From an uncultured Actinomycetes bacterium (GTDB lineage Bacteria > Actinomycetota > Acidimicrobiia > Spongiisociales > DATADW01), in assembly GCA_963824995.1 (NCBI GenBank), contig CAWGRK010000002.1:62001-126000 (forward strand): a stretch of DNA of 64,000 nucleotides, given 5' to 3'. Shown here one piece after another: positions 21,759 to 32,986 of this stretch. Each line of letters begins with the position of its first letter. Within the stretch, counting starts at the first letter, position 1. Both the position numbers and the translations under genes were made by a program. Below the pieces are notes generated by a model. That model was not told the origin of the DNA. It searched no databases and was given only the letters and a program-made list of their open reading frames with translations.

Positions 21759-23168
21759 ATGGCGACCGTCGACATCGATCTCGGCGCCTACAAGCTGGGA
21801 TGGCACGACGAGGACAATTACGCCTTCAAGGCGAAGAAGGGCCTCAGCGAGGACGTGATCCGGGACATGTCCCAGATGAAGGGCGAGCCGCAGTGGATGC
21901 TCGATTTTCGGCTCAAGGCCTACCAGCGGTTCCTCCGGCGCCCCATTCCAACCTGGGGTGGGGGCGGCCTGCTCGACGACATCGACTTCGACAACATCTA
22001 CTACTACGTCAAGCCCGAAGGCGCCCAGGCCAAGGACTGGGACATGGTTCCCGAGTCGATCAAGCAGACGTACGAGAAGTTGGGCATCCCCCAGGCGGAG
22101 CGGAAGTATCTCGCCGGGGTTAGCGCCATGTACGACTCGGAGACGGTCTACCACCGCAATCGAGAGGACCTAGAGAAGCTGGGTGTCCTCTTCTGCGACA
22201 TGGACACCGCGCTCCGCGAGTACCCCGACATCGTCAAGCAGTACTTCGGGACGGTGATCCCGCCGAACGACAACAAGTTTGCCGCTCTCAACTCGGCAGT
22301 GTGGTCGGGCGGGAGCTTCATTTACGTGCCGCCCGGGGTCCATGTGGACCAGCCGCTCCAGGCCTACTTCCGGATCAACTCGGAGAACATGGGCCAGTTC
22401 GAGCGAACCCTCATCATCATCGACGAGGGTGCCTTCGCCCACTACATCGAGGGCTGCTCGGCGCCTATCTACACGACCGATTCGCTCCATGCCGCCGTGG
22501 TCGAGATCGTGGTCAAGCGGGGTGGTCGTTGCCGGTACACCACCATCCAGAACTGGTCGAACGACGTCTACAACCTGGTGACCAAGCGGGCGGCCGCCTA
22601 CGCCGACGCCACCATGGAATGGGTGGACGCCAACCTGGGGTCGAAGCTGACGATGAAGTACCCCGCGGTGTGGTTGATGGAGGAGGGCGCTCACGGCGAG
22701 GTTCTCTCCATCGCCTTCGCCGGCGAGGGGCAGCTTCTCGACGCCGGGGCCAAGATGGTGCACGTGGCGCCGGATACGACCTCGACCATTATCTCCAAGT
22801 CGATCTCCAAGGGTGGCGGACGCACCTCCTACCGTGGGCTCGTCCGTGTCGAACCAGGTGCTGAGAAGGCGCGGTCGTTCGTGCGGTGTGACGCCCTCAT
22901 CCTCGATGAGGCGTCGCGCTCCGACACCTATCCATACATGGAGATCGAGGAGAACGACACCCAGATCGGCCACGAGGCGACCGTCTCCAAAGTGGGGGAG
23001 GACCAGCTCTTCTATCTGATGAGCCGTGGCCTCTCCGAGGAGGAGGCGACCTCGATGATCGTGGCCGGCTTCATCGAGCCGATCGTGCGCGAACTGCCCA
23101 TGGAGTACGCCGTCGAAATGAACCGATTGATCGAGCTCAATATGGTGGAAGCCGGTGCCGTTGGCTAG
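21759..23168 (+). CDS. sufB: Fe-S cluster assembly protein SufB
   Basis: Intact [53 protein letters not shown]. Confidence 0.97.
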   Translation: MATVDIDLGAYKLGWHDEDNYAFKAKKGLSEDVIRDMSQMKGEPQWMLDFRLKAYQRFLRRPIPTWGGGGLLDDIDFDNIYYYVKPEGAQAKDWDMVPESIKQTYEKLGIPQAERKYLAGVSAMYDSETVYHRNREDLEKLGVLFCDMDTALREYPDIVKQYFGTVIPPNDNKFAALNSAVWSGGSFIYVPPGVHVDQPLQAYFRINSENMGQFERTLIIIDEGAFAHYIEGCSAPIYTTDSLHAAVVEIVVKRGGRCRYTTIQNWSNDVYNLVTKRAAAYADATMEWVDANLGSKLTMKYPAVWLMEEGAHGEVLSIAFAGEGQLLDAGAKMVHVAPDTTSTIISKSISKGGGRTSYRGLVRVEPGAEKARSFVRCDALILDEASRSDTYPYMEIEENDTQIGHEATVSKVGEDQLFYLMSRGLSEEEATSMIVAGFIEPIVRELPMEYAVEMNRLIELNMVEAGAVG

Positions 23169-23183
23169 GGCGCTGCGCCTCTT

Positions 23184-23214
23184 AGTACTTAGTACTTAGT
23201 ACCTAGTACTTAGA
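23184..23214 (+). repeat. (AGTACTT)4-AGA array, left arm of the inverted repeat
   Basis: agtactt agtactt agtacct agtactt aga. Confidence 0.92.
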
Positions 23215-23259
23215 CCGGAAGGGTGGTCGGGGCTGGATGCATGTGGTACATCGGCACCG

Positions 23260-23616
23260 ATGCATGACTATCAGCGACTTGAGGTGTGGCAGCGGGCCCG
23301 GTCGGTAACCACGGACGTGTATCGAGTGACGGCGACGTTTCCCAGAGCGGAGCTGTTCGGTCTCACGGCGCAGATGCGTCGAGCTGCGATCTCGGTCAGC
23401 GCAAACCTCGCCGAGGGCTCAGGGCGAGCGACCAACCAGGACTTCGCAAGATTCCTGTCGATGGCGATCGGATCTGCAAGCGAGCTCGAGGCGGAGACGA
23501 TCCTCGCCAGCGATCTGGGCATGATCGACGACGACACCGCTGTGGGTCTTGGGCGAAGCATCGACGAGGTCCGACGGATGCTCAACGCCTTGCAGCGCTC
23601 TCTTTCTAAGTACTAA
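23260..23616 (+). CDS. Four-helix-bundle protein (23S rRNA IVS protein/Avd-like family)
   Basis: YQRLEVWQRA, FPRAELFGLTAQMRRAAISVSANLAEGSGR, FARFLSMAIGSASELE; 118 aa. Confidence 0.92.
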   Translation: MHDYQRLEVWQRARSVTTDVYRVTATFPRAELFGLTAQMRRAAISVSANLAEGSGRATNQDFARFLSMAIGSASELEAETILASDLGMIDDDTAVGLGRSIDEVRRMLNALQRSLSKY

Positions 23617-23635
23617 GTACTGAGTACTAAGTACT
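23605..23635 (-). repeat. (AGTACTT)4-AGA array, right arm; supplies the TAA of the four-helix gene
   Basis: Reverse complement reads agtactt agtactc agtactt agtactt aga. Confidence 0.92.
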
Positions 23636-23642
23636 TGTCTGA

Positions 23643-24575
23643 TCAGACCAGCGCCTCCAGGTCAATGGAGCATGACGGGTGGCGCAGCTTTGCCAGTCCT
23701 CTGCCCTCGATCTGGCGGACGCGCTCTCTGGTCAGGTTGAAGACCTTTCCAACCTCGGACAGCGTGCGCGGCTCGCCGCCGTCCAGGCCGAAGCGAAGCA
23801 GGATCACCTGCTGCTCGTCCTCGTCGAGCACCGAGAGAGCCCGCACCAGGTGCTGGCGTCGCAGGACGTCAACGGTGTGGATGAACGGGTCGGGGGTCCG
23901 CTCGTCCTCGACGAAGTCCTGCAACTCAGCGTCACCGTCTTCGCCCACCGGCCGGTCGAGGGAGACGGTGTCGCCCGGCGCCTCGAGCGCAGCCTGGACC
24001 CGCTCCAGATCTAGCCCGCTGGCCTCGGCGATCTCCTCCAGGGTCGGTGGCCGGCGCAGATCCTCGATCAGGGCTTGCTCGGTGTCCTGGACTGTGCGGA
24101 CCACATCCACCATGTGCACCGGCAGGCGGATGGTCCGCGCCTGGTTCCCCAGCCCCCGCGTGATCGCCTGACGGATCCACCAGGTTGCGTAGGTGGAGAA
24201 CTTGAATCCCTTGCGCCAGTCGAACTTCTCCACGGCGCGGATCAAACCGAGGTTGCCCTCCTGGATGAGATCGAGCAGATCGAGACCACGGCCGTTGTAT
24301 CGCTTGGCGATGCTGATCACGAGCCGGAGATTGGCCCGAATGAAGTTCATCTTGGCCTCATCGCCCTCGTGGATGAGGCGGAAGAGCTTGGCCCGGTCTG
24401 TCGGGGTCAGTTCTTCGCTCGTGTCCAGCTTGTGCGAAGCCCGGCGTCCGGACTCCATCGAGCGGGCGAGCCTGACCTCGTCTTCGGCGGTGAGGAGCAG
24501 ATGGGCGGAGACCTCTTCGAGGTAGATCCCAACGGTGTCGGCGACCGACACCGCCTCCCGCCCGTTCTTTGACAT
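23643..24575 (-). CDS. RNA polymerase sigma-70 factor, RpoD-like without region 1.1 (group 2 type)
   Basis: ANLRLVISIAKRY, DLIQEGNLGLIRAVEKFD, KFSTYATWWIRQAI, TRERVRQIE. Confidence 0.92.
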   Translation of the reverse strand: MSKNGREAVSVADTVGIYLEEVSAHLLLTAEDEVRLARSMESGRRASHKLDTSEELTPTDRAKLFRLIHEGDEAKMNFIRANLRLVISIAKRYNGRGLDLLDLIQEGNLGLIRAVEKFDWRKGFKFSTYATWWIRQAITRGLGNQARTIRLPVHMVDVVRTVQDTEQALIEDLRRPPTLEEIAEASGLDLERVQAALEAPGDTVSLDRPVGEDGDAELQDFVEDERTPDPFIHTVDVLRRQHLVRALSVLDEDEQQVILLRFGLDGGEPRTLSEVGKVFNLTRERVRQIEGRGLAKLRHPSCSIDLEALV

Positions 24576-24763
24576 CCCCCTGCGACCTTCCCGGCGGGGA
24601 CCGTGAGGGTTGCCCCTGATGCCCGCCTGCGCACGTTCGCGGTTTATTTTGACCCGCTGACCAGGCACAACGTAACACGGAAAATGCTGGGATGCAATCG
24701 GCCGCATCGCCGAGAACGCGAAGAACCAATCAACATTCGAGGCGCCGCTACCCTTCCAGGCCC

Positions 24764-26314
24764 ATGTTCGAGCGCACGGCGCGGCGCACTCTCCCCATGG
24801 CACTACCGCTGTTGTGCCTGATCGTTCTACCGGCCTGTGTCGCCGGGCCAATCGCCGTGCTCGGCGAGACGGGACCCCCGCCTCCAGGTTTGGCCGGTCC
24901 GTTGCCCCAGGTGCAGGTGATGGTGGTCGACGACGAGGGCAACCCGGTGGCGGACGCAGCAGTTCGCTTCGACGGGACGACTCCTGTCGTGACCGGGAGT
25001 GATGGTCTTGCCGCTGCGGATTGGCCGGGTCGACCGATAGAGGTGAGTGCGAGGGGACCCGGGCTGCGGCCCGCCTCGGCGCAGATCGAGTCGCTGATCG
25101 AGGAACCGCTCCAGGTCATTCTCGAGCCGGTGGTGCTCAACGGCAGGGTGGTGACGAATTCGGGCGAGGCCATACCCGGGGTCGAAGTGACCCTCGGCGA
25201 GCAAAAGGCGGTGAGCGACGATTCCGGGAGGTTCACCCTCCGCAGGGCGACAAAGGGTGAGATCACGGCATGGATGCCTGCGTGGGAGCAGGCGCGGGTT
25301 CCCTGGGACGGACGAAGCAGGCGGGTCACCGTCGAAATGAACCCCCTGATGGTCCGAGGTCTCCACGTGGCTGGATGGCTCCCCGCCAACGAAGAGGTTT
25401 GGCCCGAACTCTTGGGTCTCGTCGAGCGCACCGAGCTCAACGCAATGGTGGTGGACATCAAGGACGAGTCGGGTTCGATCTTCCACGACAGCAAGGTGGA
25501 GGTGGCTACCAGCGCCGGTGCGCTCAAACCGGAATACGACATCGAGGAGCTTGCCGCCGAACTTCACGAGAGGGGCTTGTATCTCGTTGGTCGGATCGTT
25601 GTATTCCAGGACCCGATCTCGGCCCGCGCCATTCCCGCGATGGCCATCCGCGACACCTCGACCCATGAGCCCTTCAACAAGAACGGCCAGTGGTTTCTCG
25701 ACCCCACCGATGCCCGCGCCCGGCAATACGCCTTGGACCTGGCGGTGGAAGCGTGCGAAAGCGGGTTTGACGAGATCCAGTTCGACTATGTCCGCTTCCC
25801 CGACGGCTATCCGGTAACTGCCCGCTTCGACGGGCCGGCCGACGAATCGGCAAGGGTCGAGACGATCACCGGTTTCCTAGAGACCGCCGAACAGCTGCTC
25901 AACCCGAAGGGTTGCGCAGTCGCCGCCGACATCTTCGGCTTCATAATCTCGATCGAGAGCGACGGTGGGATCGGCCAGCGTCTTGAGGAGCTGTCTCATG
26001 CGGTGGATGTGGTGTCGCCCATGGTTTATCCCAGCCATTACTCGACGGGATGGTTCGACAAGGACTGCCCCAACGACCACCCGCATGACACGGTCGCGGG
26101 TGCTCTCGACGACGGGCTGCCCCGCCTCCCGGCGACGGCTGTGCTTCGGCCCTGGATCCAGGACTTCGATGGGAGCTACGCCTGCGGTTCGACGGGCAAG
26201 ACGGTCACCCAGGTGCAGTCCCAGATCGAAGCGGCCACCGAGCGCGGGCTGGGATACATGGTGTGGAACGCCGCCAGTTCGTTCACCGAGGATGCCTTCC
26301 GCCTCGACGAGTGA
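24764..26314 (+). CDS. Putative glycoside hydrolase (DUF4015-like TIM barrel) with N-terminal carboxypeptidase-regulatory-like domains; probable lipoprotein
   Basis: LPAC; NAMVVDIKDESG, RIVVFQD, GFDEIQFDYVRFP, SPMVYPSHY, RPWIQDF. Confidence 0.82.
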   Translation: MFERTARRTLPMALPLLCLIVLPACVAGPIAVLGETGPPPPGLAGPLPQVQVMVVDDEGNPVADAAVRFDGTTPVVTGSDGLAAADWPGRPIEVSARGPGLRPASAQIESLIEEPLQVILEPVVLNGRVVTNSGEAIPGVEVTLGEQKAVSDDSGRFTLRRATKGEITAWMPAWEQARVPWDGRSRRVTVEMNPLMVRGLHVAGWLPANEEVWPELLGLVERTELNAMVVDIKDESGSIFHDSKVEVATSAGALKPEYDIEELAAELHERGLYLVGRIVVFQDPISARAIPAMAIRDTSTHEPFNKNGQWFLDPTDARARQYALDLAVEACESGFDEIQFDYVRFPDGYPVTARFDGPADESARVETITGFLETAEQLLNPKGCAVAADIFGFIISIESDGGIGQRLEELSHAVDVVSPMVYPSHYSTGWFDKDCPNDHPHDTVAGALDDGLPRLPATAVLRPWIQDFDGSYACGSTGKTVTQVQSQIEAATERGLGYMVWNAASSFTEDAFRLDE

Positions 26315-27008
26315 TCGATCGGCGCTGACCGAGTTCAACGATCAACTGATCGAGTGTCGCCGCTGCCCGAGGCTCGTCGCCTGGAGGGAGCAGGTCGCCC
26401 GGGATCGCCGTCGGGCCTTTGCAACCGAGGAGTACTGGGGGCGACCGGTTCCAGGCTACGGCGACTCGGAGGCGCCCATACTGATCGTTGGTCTAGCTCC
26501 CGCCGCCCATGGGGGTAACCGCACCGGCCGGGTCTTCACCGGAGATCGCTCCGGGGACTTCCTATTCGGGTCGCTGTATCGCGTCGGACTGGCCAACCAA
26601 CCGACATCAACACACCGTGGCGACGGGTTGCGACTGAACGACGTCTACATCACGGCGATGGTGCGCTGTGCCCCTCCCGGGAATCATCCTGACCGCTCCG
26701 AGCAGGAGGCGTGCCAGTCCTGGCTGCTGGCGGAGTGGCGGCTTCTGGTCCGGGTGCAAGTGGTGGTGGCGCTCGGTCAGATGGCCCACGACGGCGTGCT
26801 GTCGGCTCTGACATCGTTGGGCGTGGAATTGCGGTCGCCCCGTGCTCGCTTCGCCCACGGAGCGCGGTTCGACCTCGGGCCGGAGAGCCCTCTTCTCCTC
26901 GACAGCTACCACCCCAGCCAGCAGAACACCTTCACCGGCAGGCTGACGGAGGAGATGTTGGATGAGGTCTTCAAGCGAGCTAGAGAGGAACTCAGGCGAA
27001 GTACTTAG
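26311..27008 (+). CDS. Uracil-DNA glycosylase family 5 (UdgB type); start uncertain
   Basis: CRRCPRL Fe-S motif, GLAPAAHGGNRTGRVFTGD, RCAPP, YHPSQQNTFTG. Confidence 0.9.
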
Positions 27009-27030
27009 TACTTGGTACTTGGTACTTAGA
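27000..27030 (+). repeat. (RGTACTT)4-AGA array overlapping the UDG stop
   Basis: agtactt agtactt ggtactt ggtactt aga. Confidence 0.9.
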
Positions 27031-27122
27031 CAGAACAGCCAGCCTGTCGGTTGCGAGCCGTCCCTTTTACGCCCAGTTGACCGCCGACCTCGTACGGTCG
27101 GGCCATCGGTACCGTTTCGGAC

Positions 27123-27815
27123 ATGCGGATCCTCGTGGTGGAGGATGAGCCAGATCTGGCGGCGGCCGTCGCCAAGGGGCTGAGGCGCGACGGGTACGCG
27201 GTCGACACTGCCAGCGACGGCGATGGCGCTCTTTATCGGCTTGCCTCGGCCGAGTACGACCTGGTTTGTCTCGACCTCAACCTGCCCGACATCGACGGTC
27301 GCCAGATCTGCAGAGCGATACGCACCGATCCTGACGCCACCTTCGGCGACGCCCCGCCACGGGTGCTCATGCTCACCGCACGTGATGCGCTCGACGATCG
27401 TGTCGGAGGGTTGGACGATGGGGCTGACGACTACCTGGTCAAGCCGTTCGACTTCCCCGAGCTCCAGGCACGGGTTAGGGCGCTCCTCAGGCGTGACCGC
27501 CCACACCGTGGTTCCCTTCTCCGTCATGGCCCGGTCGAGCTCGACGAAGCCGGGCACACCGCCACCGTTGGCCGTGTTCCCATCGAGTTGACCGCCAAGG
27601 AATTCGCCCTCCTCCGCTACTTCCTCCTCCACCCCGCCGAGGTGATCTCCGCCGAGCAGTTGCTCGAGCACGTCTGGGACGAACACGCCGATCCTTTCAC
27701 CAACACCGTGCGGGTGACGCTCTCCAATCTCAGGCGGAAACTGACTACCGCCGGGTCGGGCGAGTTGATCGACACCATGGTCGGGGCGGGATACCGATTG
27801 GCTCCGGATGGTTGA
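27123..27815 (+). CDS. OmpR-family response regulator
   Basis: VVEDE, LDLNLP, GADDYLVKPF, winged-helix GAGY; TACCGT 7 nt upstream. Confidence 0.93.
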   Translation: MRILVVEDEPDLAAAVAKGLRRDGYAVDTASDGDGALYRLASAEYDLVCLDLNLPDIDGRQICRAIRTDPDATFGDAPPRVLMLTARDALDDRVGGLDDGADDYLVKPFDFPELQARVRALLRRDRPHRGSLLRHGPVELDEAGHTATVGRVPIELTAKEFALLRYFLLHPAEVISAEQLLEHVWDEHADPFTNTVRVTLSNLRRKLTTAGSGELIDTMVGAGYRLAPDG

Positions 27816-29089
27816 GAGGCTGCCCGAGTGGATGCGTTCGGTCCGGTTCCGATTGGCCATCACCTACTCGGTGTTGGTCTTCGCCTTGGCCCTGGTTGTG
27901 CTGGGAGCGGTGAACCTCGGTCTGAGCAGGGCGTTGAGCGGTCAGCCGGTGGTGCAGGAGGTGGTGTTCCCCAGTCTGAGCCGCACGCTGGGCGGGTTCG
28001 AGCTGCAGCTCACCAGGGCGCGCATGGTTGATCTGGAACGGCTGGTCAACGAGCGTGCGCTCGACAACCTGCGGCGCTACTCGCTCTACACGGTGGCGTT
28101 TCTCTTCCCACTGAGCGTGGTGATCGGGTGGCTGGTGGCCGGCCGAGCACTCCGTCCGGTGGAGAGGATCGGCGGGGTTGCCCGCGAGATCCAGTCGACC
28201 GACCTCAGCAGACGAATTCGGCTGGGCGGGACCGACGACGAGTTCAAGCGGCTCGCCGACACGTTCGACGCCATGCTCGACCGGTTGGAGAAGGGGCAAC
28301 CGGGACCAGCGGGCGTTCGTCGAGGACACCACCCACGAGCTGCGCAACCCGCTGGCGGTGATGGCGACCACTCTCGACGTCGCCCTATCCGACCCCGACG
28401 CCGACGTCGAGTCGCTCCGTCACGCCGGCGAGGTTGTCCGCCGCACCATCGACCGCACCTCGCGGACGGTGGACGAGTTGGTGACGTTCGCCCGCCAGGA
28501 CCAACGCGCCTCTCGCTGGCTCCCGTTCCCGCTGGTCCCGCTGCTGGAGGAGTCGGTCGGGGACTATCGGGTGGCAGCGGCGGCGAGAGGTGTCGACCTC
28601 CGGACGGGGAGCGCGGCCGAGACCACGGTCGAGGGTGATCGCGACGTCTCTGAAACGCGCCCTGGGCAACCTTCTCGACAACGCGGTGCGACTCGCCCCC
28701 GAAGAATCGGAGATCGTGGCAGCTGTGGGTCGACCGGCTCGTGGGCGTGGATGTCGGTGACCGACCAAGGCCCGGGGATCTCCGAAGAGGTCCACGAGCG
28801 GATCTTCGAGCGCTCTTGGGGAGCAGCCGACCAGCACGACCGGACCCGTCGCCGCTCCGGCCTCGGATTGGCCATCGTCCGCCAGGTGATGGCGGGTCAC
28901 GGCGGGCTGGTCACGATCAGGTCTTCAGCCGCGATCGGGCTCGACGTTCTGCGCTGTGGTTGCCTCTCGACCGGAGCGCCCGGCCGAGGATGTCACCGCC
29001 GACGGGGTGCACCCGCTCGAGGATGCAGTCAATCGGTCGTAGCGGTTACCACTGCGGGCGGCCACTCTTTCGCTCACGTTCTGCCGTGA
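27808..29089 (+). CDS. HAMP sensor histidine kinase (frameshifts; 3' end approximate)
   Basis: 2 TM, HAMP, THELRNPL H-box, NLLDNA, DQGPGI, GLGLAI. Confidence 0.88.
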
Positions 29090-29147
29090 CTGGGGTACCG
29101 ATGCGGAACTTGTGTCACGCACGAACGGGGGAGCCAGTCCAGGTGAC

Positions 29148-29173
29148 ATTCGCACTACAGCCGTAGTGCCAAT
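29148..29173. promoter_or_regulatory. Candidate Suf operator palindrome, copy 2
   Basis: ATTcg-CACTAC-agcc-GTAGTG-ccAAT. Confidence 0.6.
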
Positions 29174-30476
29174 ACCATCGAATCGTCTGATGCGTCGCTC
29201 GACCGATCCACTCTCGACGGCTTGATCGCACGCGACCCCGACTGGGTCGGGGAGCTCCGGCGCGCCGGTTTCGAGTGGCTCGAGAAGCTCGACGTACCGA
29301 CAGGCGCCGAAGAGGAATGGCGCTATGTCGAAGTTCCCGGGGACCCGGCATCGCTTCCGGTTGGCCGACCGGGCGGGGGATCCGATGGAGAGCGATGACG
29401 TCGATAGAGCCTTCGTTCGGGTAGCCGGGCGAGCCCAGGTGGTGGATGGCACCACCGTGGACATCGAGTCGGATGAGAGCACCGGCGTCCTGTTCGCCCC
29501 GATTGCCGCGGCATACACGGCTAATGAGGCCGAACTTCGCGGTGCGTATATGCAGGCGGTCGATCCCGGTCTAGACCGGTTCGCCGCCGCTCATGCCGCA
29601 TTCAGCACGGACGGGGTCTTCGTCTACCTGCCGCCTGGGGTCGCCGTGGCCGATCCGTTCGTCATAGACATCCAGGGCGTTAGCACCGATTCGGTGAGTT
29701 TTCCGCATGTGACCGTGGTGGCGGAGAGGAACTCCGAGGCGTCCATCGTGATCCGCTACCGCTCCGCCCCGGGGGTGGAGTTGGCGATGGTGCCGCAGGT
29801 GGAGGCATCGGTACGCGACGGTGCGAGGTTGCGGCTCACCACCGTCCAGCAACTCGATGAGGCGGCGACCACCATCGCCCATCAGCGTCTCGACCTGGGG
29901 CGCGACGCCACCGCGCTGCTCGGCGAGGTCGGTTTGGGCGGGCGTTTTGGCCGGCTCGATCTCGGGATCGACCTGTTGGGGAGCGGGGGCACCGCCGACG
30001 TGGTGGGGATCTACTACGGCGAGCATGAGCAGGTGCTCGACTACCGGCTTCTCATCGACCACTTCGGGCCGAGCACCTCGTCCAAGGTCTTCCTCAAGGG
30101 TGCGGTGGAGGACACCGCCAACTCGGTGTTCACCGGGATGGTGAAGATCGAACCAGACGCCGCCAAGACCTCGGCCTTCGAGACCAACCGCAACCTGGTG
30201 CTCTCCGATGGAGCGAAGGCGAACTCCGTCCCCAACCTCGAGATCCTGTGCAATGACGTGATCTGCGGCCACGCATCGTCCGTAGGACCGCTCGACGAGG
30301 ACCAGATCTACTACCTCGAGAGCCGCGGATTGCCGTCGGACCGAGCGGCCCGACTGCTCGTCCGCGGCTTCTTCGAGGAGGTAATAGCCCGCCTTCCCCA
30401 TCCGCAATTGGCCGGCCCGGTACGGAGTGCAGTCAACCGAAAGTTCGTCACCGCACAGGAAGAGGGCCGGGTATGA
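29166..30476 (+). CDS. sufD: Fe-S cluster assembly protein SufD (frameshift near 29340; start approximate)
   Basis: N-terminal EEWRY; NRNLVLS, PNLEI, CGHASSVG, YLESRG. Confidence 0.9.
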
Positions 30477-30807
30477 GCGAGGAGTGGGTCCGGATCGGAC
30501 CGCTCGACGACCTGCCCGATGGGAGGGGAGTGCCGCGTGGAGGCGGGAGACCAGCGGATCGCAGTGTTCCGGGTCGGCAGCGAGGTGTTCGCCGTGGGCG
30601 ACCGGTGCAGCCATGCCGAGGCGTCTCTGGCCGAGGGCGAGGTCTTCGACACCGAGGTCGAGTGCCCCCGGCATGGTTCGGCATTCGATCTGCGAACCGG
30701 CGCCCCGCTTGCCCTGCCCGCCACCCGGCCGGTTCCCGACCTACCAGGTGAGGGTGGAAGGCGGGATCGTCCTTCTCTCGCTCCATCCCGTGGAGGTCGA
30801 GGTATGA
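30473..30807 (+). CDS. Rieske-type ferredoxin (frameshifts)
   Basis: DRCSHAEASL...ECPRHGSAFD (CxH/CxxH). Confidence 0.9.
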
Positions 30808-31611
30808 CGGCTGGACTTGCCGTCGAGCAACTCACCGCCGGCGGTCCACGACCGGCAGATACTCACCGGGGTGGACCTCGAGATCCCATTCGGCGAGGTC
30901 CACGCGATCATGGGCCCCAACGGATCGGGCAAGTCGACCCTGTGCCACGTCCTCACTGGCAAGGAGGGCTACGAGGTGTCGGGGACCGCCTCGCTCGATG
31001 GCGAGGATCTGCTCGGATTGACGGTTCCCGAGCGGGCCGAGTTGGGGCTACTCCAGGCGTTCCAATACCCGGTCGAGGTGCCCGGGGTCTCGCTCAGCGA
31101 GTTTCTGCACGAGATAGGCGATGCCCGGGGCATCGACCCCGCCGAGATGGACGGACGCATGGAGCGGGAAGCGACGCGTTTCGAGATGGATCGCTTTCTC
31201 AACCGGGCACTCAACGACGAGCTCTCGGGCGGTGAGAAGAAGCGCTCCGAGATCTTCCAGCTAGCCGTTCTCGAGCCGCGGGTGGCGGTGCTCGACGAGA
31301 TCGACTCCGGGCTCGACATCGATGCGGTGCGCGAGGTGGCGGCGGCGGTCGAGCAGATGCGCGGGCCCGATCTCGGCGTAGTCATGATCACCCACTACAA
31401 CCGGATCCTCCGCTACATCACCCCCGACCGAGTCCATGTGATGGTCGACGGCCGGATCGTCGAATCCGGAGGACCCGAGTTGGCCGAGCAACTCGAGAAA
31501 GAGGGGTACGAGGGCGTTCGCCGCCGCCTCGGCATCCCCGCTCCATCGACCACACCCGAGGTCAGACCCGCCGACCTGCTCACCGACACGCCGTTTGATC
31601 TGAGTACTTAG
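30804..31611 (+). CDS. sufC: Fe-S assembly ATPase SufC, paralog 1 (frameshift near 30840)
   Basis: MGPNGSGKSTL, AFQYPVEVPGV, LSGGEKKR, LDEIDSGLDIDA, ITHY. Confidence 0.9.
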
Positions 31612-31626
31612 TACTTAGTACTCAGA
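31603..31626 (+). repeat. (AGTACTY)3-AGA array supplying the sufC1 stop
   Basis: agtactt agtactt agtactc aga. Confidence 0.9.
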
Positions 31627-31821
31627 CAGGAGCGTGGCCCTCCGCAACGATTCTCTCCCCCCGAACGGGAGGACCCGACGCCGGAGGCGGCGGGGTGGGG
31701 GGCTGGTCCATTCCCAGAGGTGCGAAGCCCGCGTGTCGGGCACCGTTGTGAGTTCGGCAGCCCCCTACCCGCTGCTCTGCAGAATGCGCGGCTGGGCCTT
31801 CCCCCGCGGAACAATCGTCTT

Positions 31822-31842
31822 CTTCCGTCTTCCGTCTTCCGT
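31822..31842 (+). repeat. (CTTCCGT)3 array
   Basis: Read directly. Confidence 0.85.
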
Positions 31843-31852
31843 CTACCTGGGC

Positions 31853-32900
31853 TCAGCCTCCCAGTAGGCCAGATAGGTCGGGGACTTCCTCGATCACTTC
31901 GTACTGGACCATGAGGTCGGCGGTGTTGGTGATCGAATCGGTGTCGAGGGTGCCGGTGAAGGGACCGAACAGGATCTCGGCGGCGAGCTCGGGTGTGAGG
32001 CTGGTGTAGGTGGTGACGGCGTCGCGCGGCCACCTGCTCGTCGGCGGTGATCATCTCCTCGGCTGCGGTGATCGCACCTACGAAGGCCTCGATCACGTCG
32101 GGGTTCGCCTCGGCGTACTCGGTGGTGGTGAAGTAGGCGGCGATCTCCATCCCCGGCTCGGTGCCGAGGTAGTTGTAATCCACCACCTGTGCACCCTCGG
32201 CGGAGGCGATGGTGACGAATGGTTCGACTACCCAGATCGCCTCGACTTGTCCTTCGGCGAGGGCAGCGGGCATGTCGGGGAACCCGAGTTCGATGAACTG
32301 AAGACCCGATGTGTCCACGTCCTGGCCGTCGAGCGAGGCGCGGATGGTGACCTCGCCGATGTTGGCCAGCGTGTTGACCGCGATGGTCTGCCCGGCGAGA
32401 CCGGAGGCGTCCGATATGTCGGAGTCCGCACCGACGAGGACGGCGCTCCAGTCGGGCTCCTCCTCATTGGCCTTCATCCCACCGGTCAGACGCCTGGAAT
32501 TGGATGCCGGCAGCGGTGGCGTTCACCAGCGACACGACGTTGGAGAATCCGATCTGGAACTCGCCGGCCTCGACACCGGGGATGATGGCGGCACCGCCTT
32601 CGGCGAGCGTCGGGGTGACCTCGAGGCCGGCCTCTTCGAACAGGCCCTGCTCGATGGCGACGTACAGCGGGACCACGTCGGTGATCGGGATGACGCCGAC
32701 GGCGAGAGGTGTCAGATCACCACCGGCCCCGGCGGTGGTGTCGCGCCCCGGCGGTGGTGTCACTGGCCGCCCCAGTGGTCTCGGTTCCGGCTGCGCTGGT
32801 CGCTGTGCCGCCGTCGCCACCACATGCGGCAACGAGCGAGACCGACCATCAGGGCCATGATCACTCTGATCTGCCAGGATCCGGTGCGGATGCTCGTCAT
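31853..32900 (-). CDS. ABC substrate-binding lipoprotein, SsuA/NMT1-like (frameshifts)
   Basis: AAC lipobox; PLYVAIEQGLFEEAGLEV; FPDMPAAL..GQVEA. Confidence 0.85.
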
Positions 32901-32986
32901 GATCCCCCTCCCTCTTCGGGTCGTTTCAGGGTGCAACCTAATGGGCACCGCGGTGGGAGTCGCGGGACTCACGGAGAGCGGATCGG

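Noticed and set aside
23260..23616. Diversity-generating retroelement or 23S rRNA intervening sequence
   Set aside because: No reverse transcriptase, TR/VR pair or rRNA sequence is present in the window.
23184..23635. AGTACTT arrays as CRISPR repeats or IS terminal inverted repeats
   Set aside because: There are no spacers or cas genes, the enclosed ORF is not a transposase, and no target-site duplication is evident.
26607..27863. Long antisense ORFs (e.g. 26607-27863, 29571-30674, 38223-39542)
   Set aside because: These are shadow ORFs opposite well-supported genes, expected in high-GC DNA, with no recognisable motifs.
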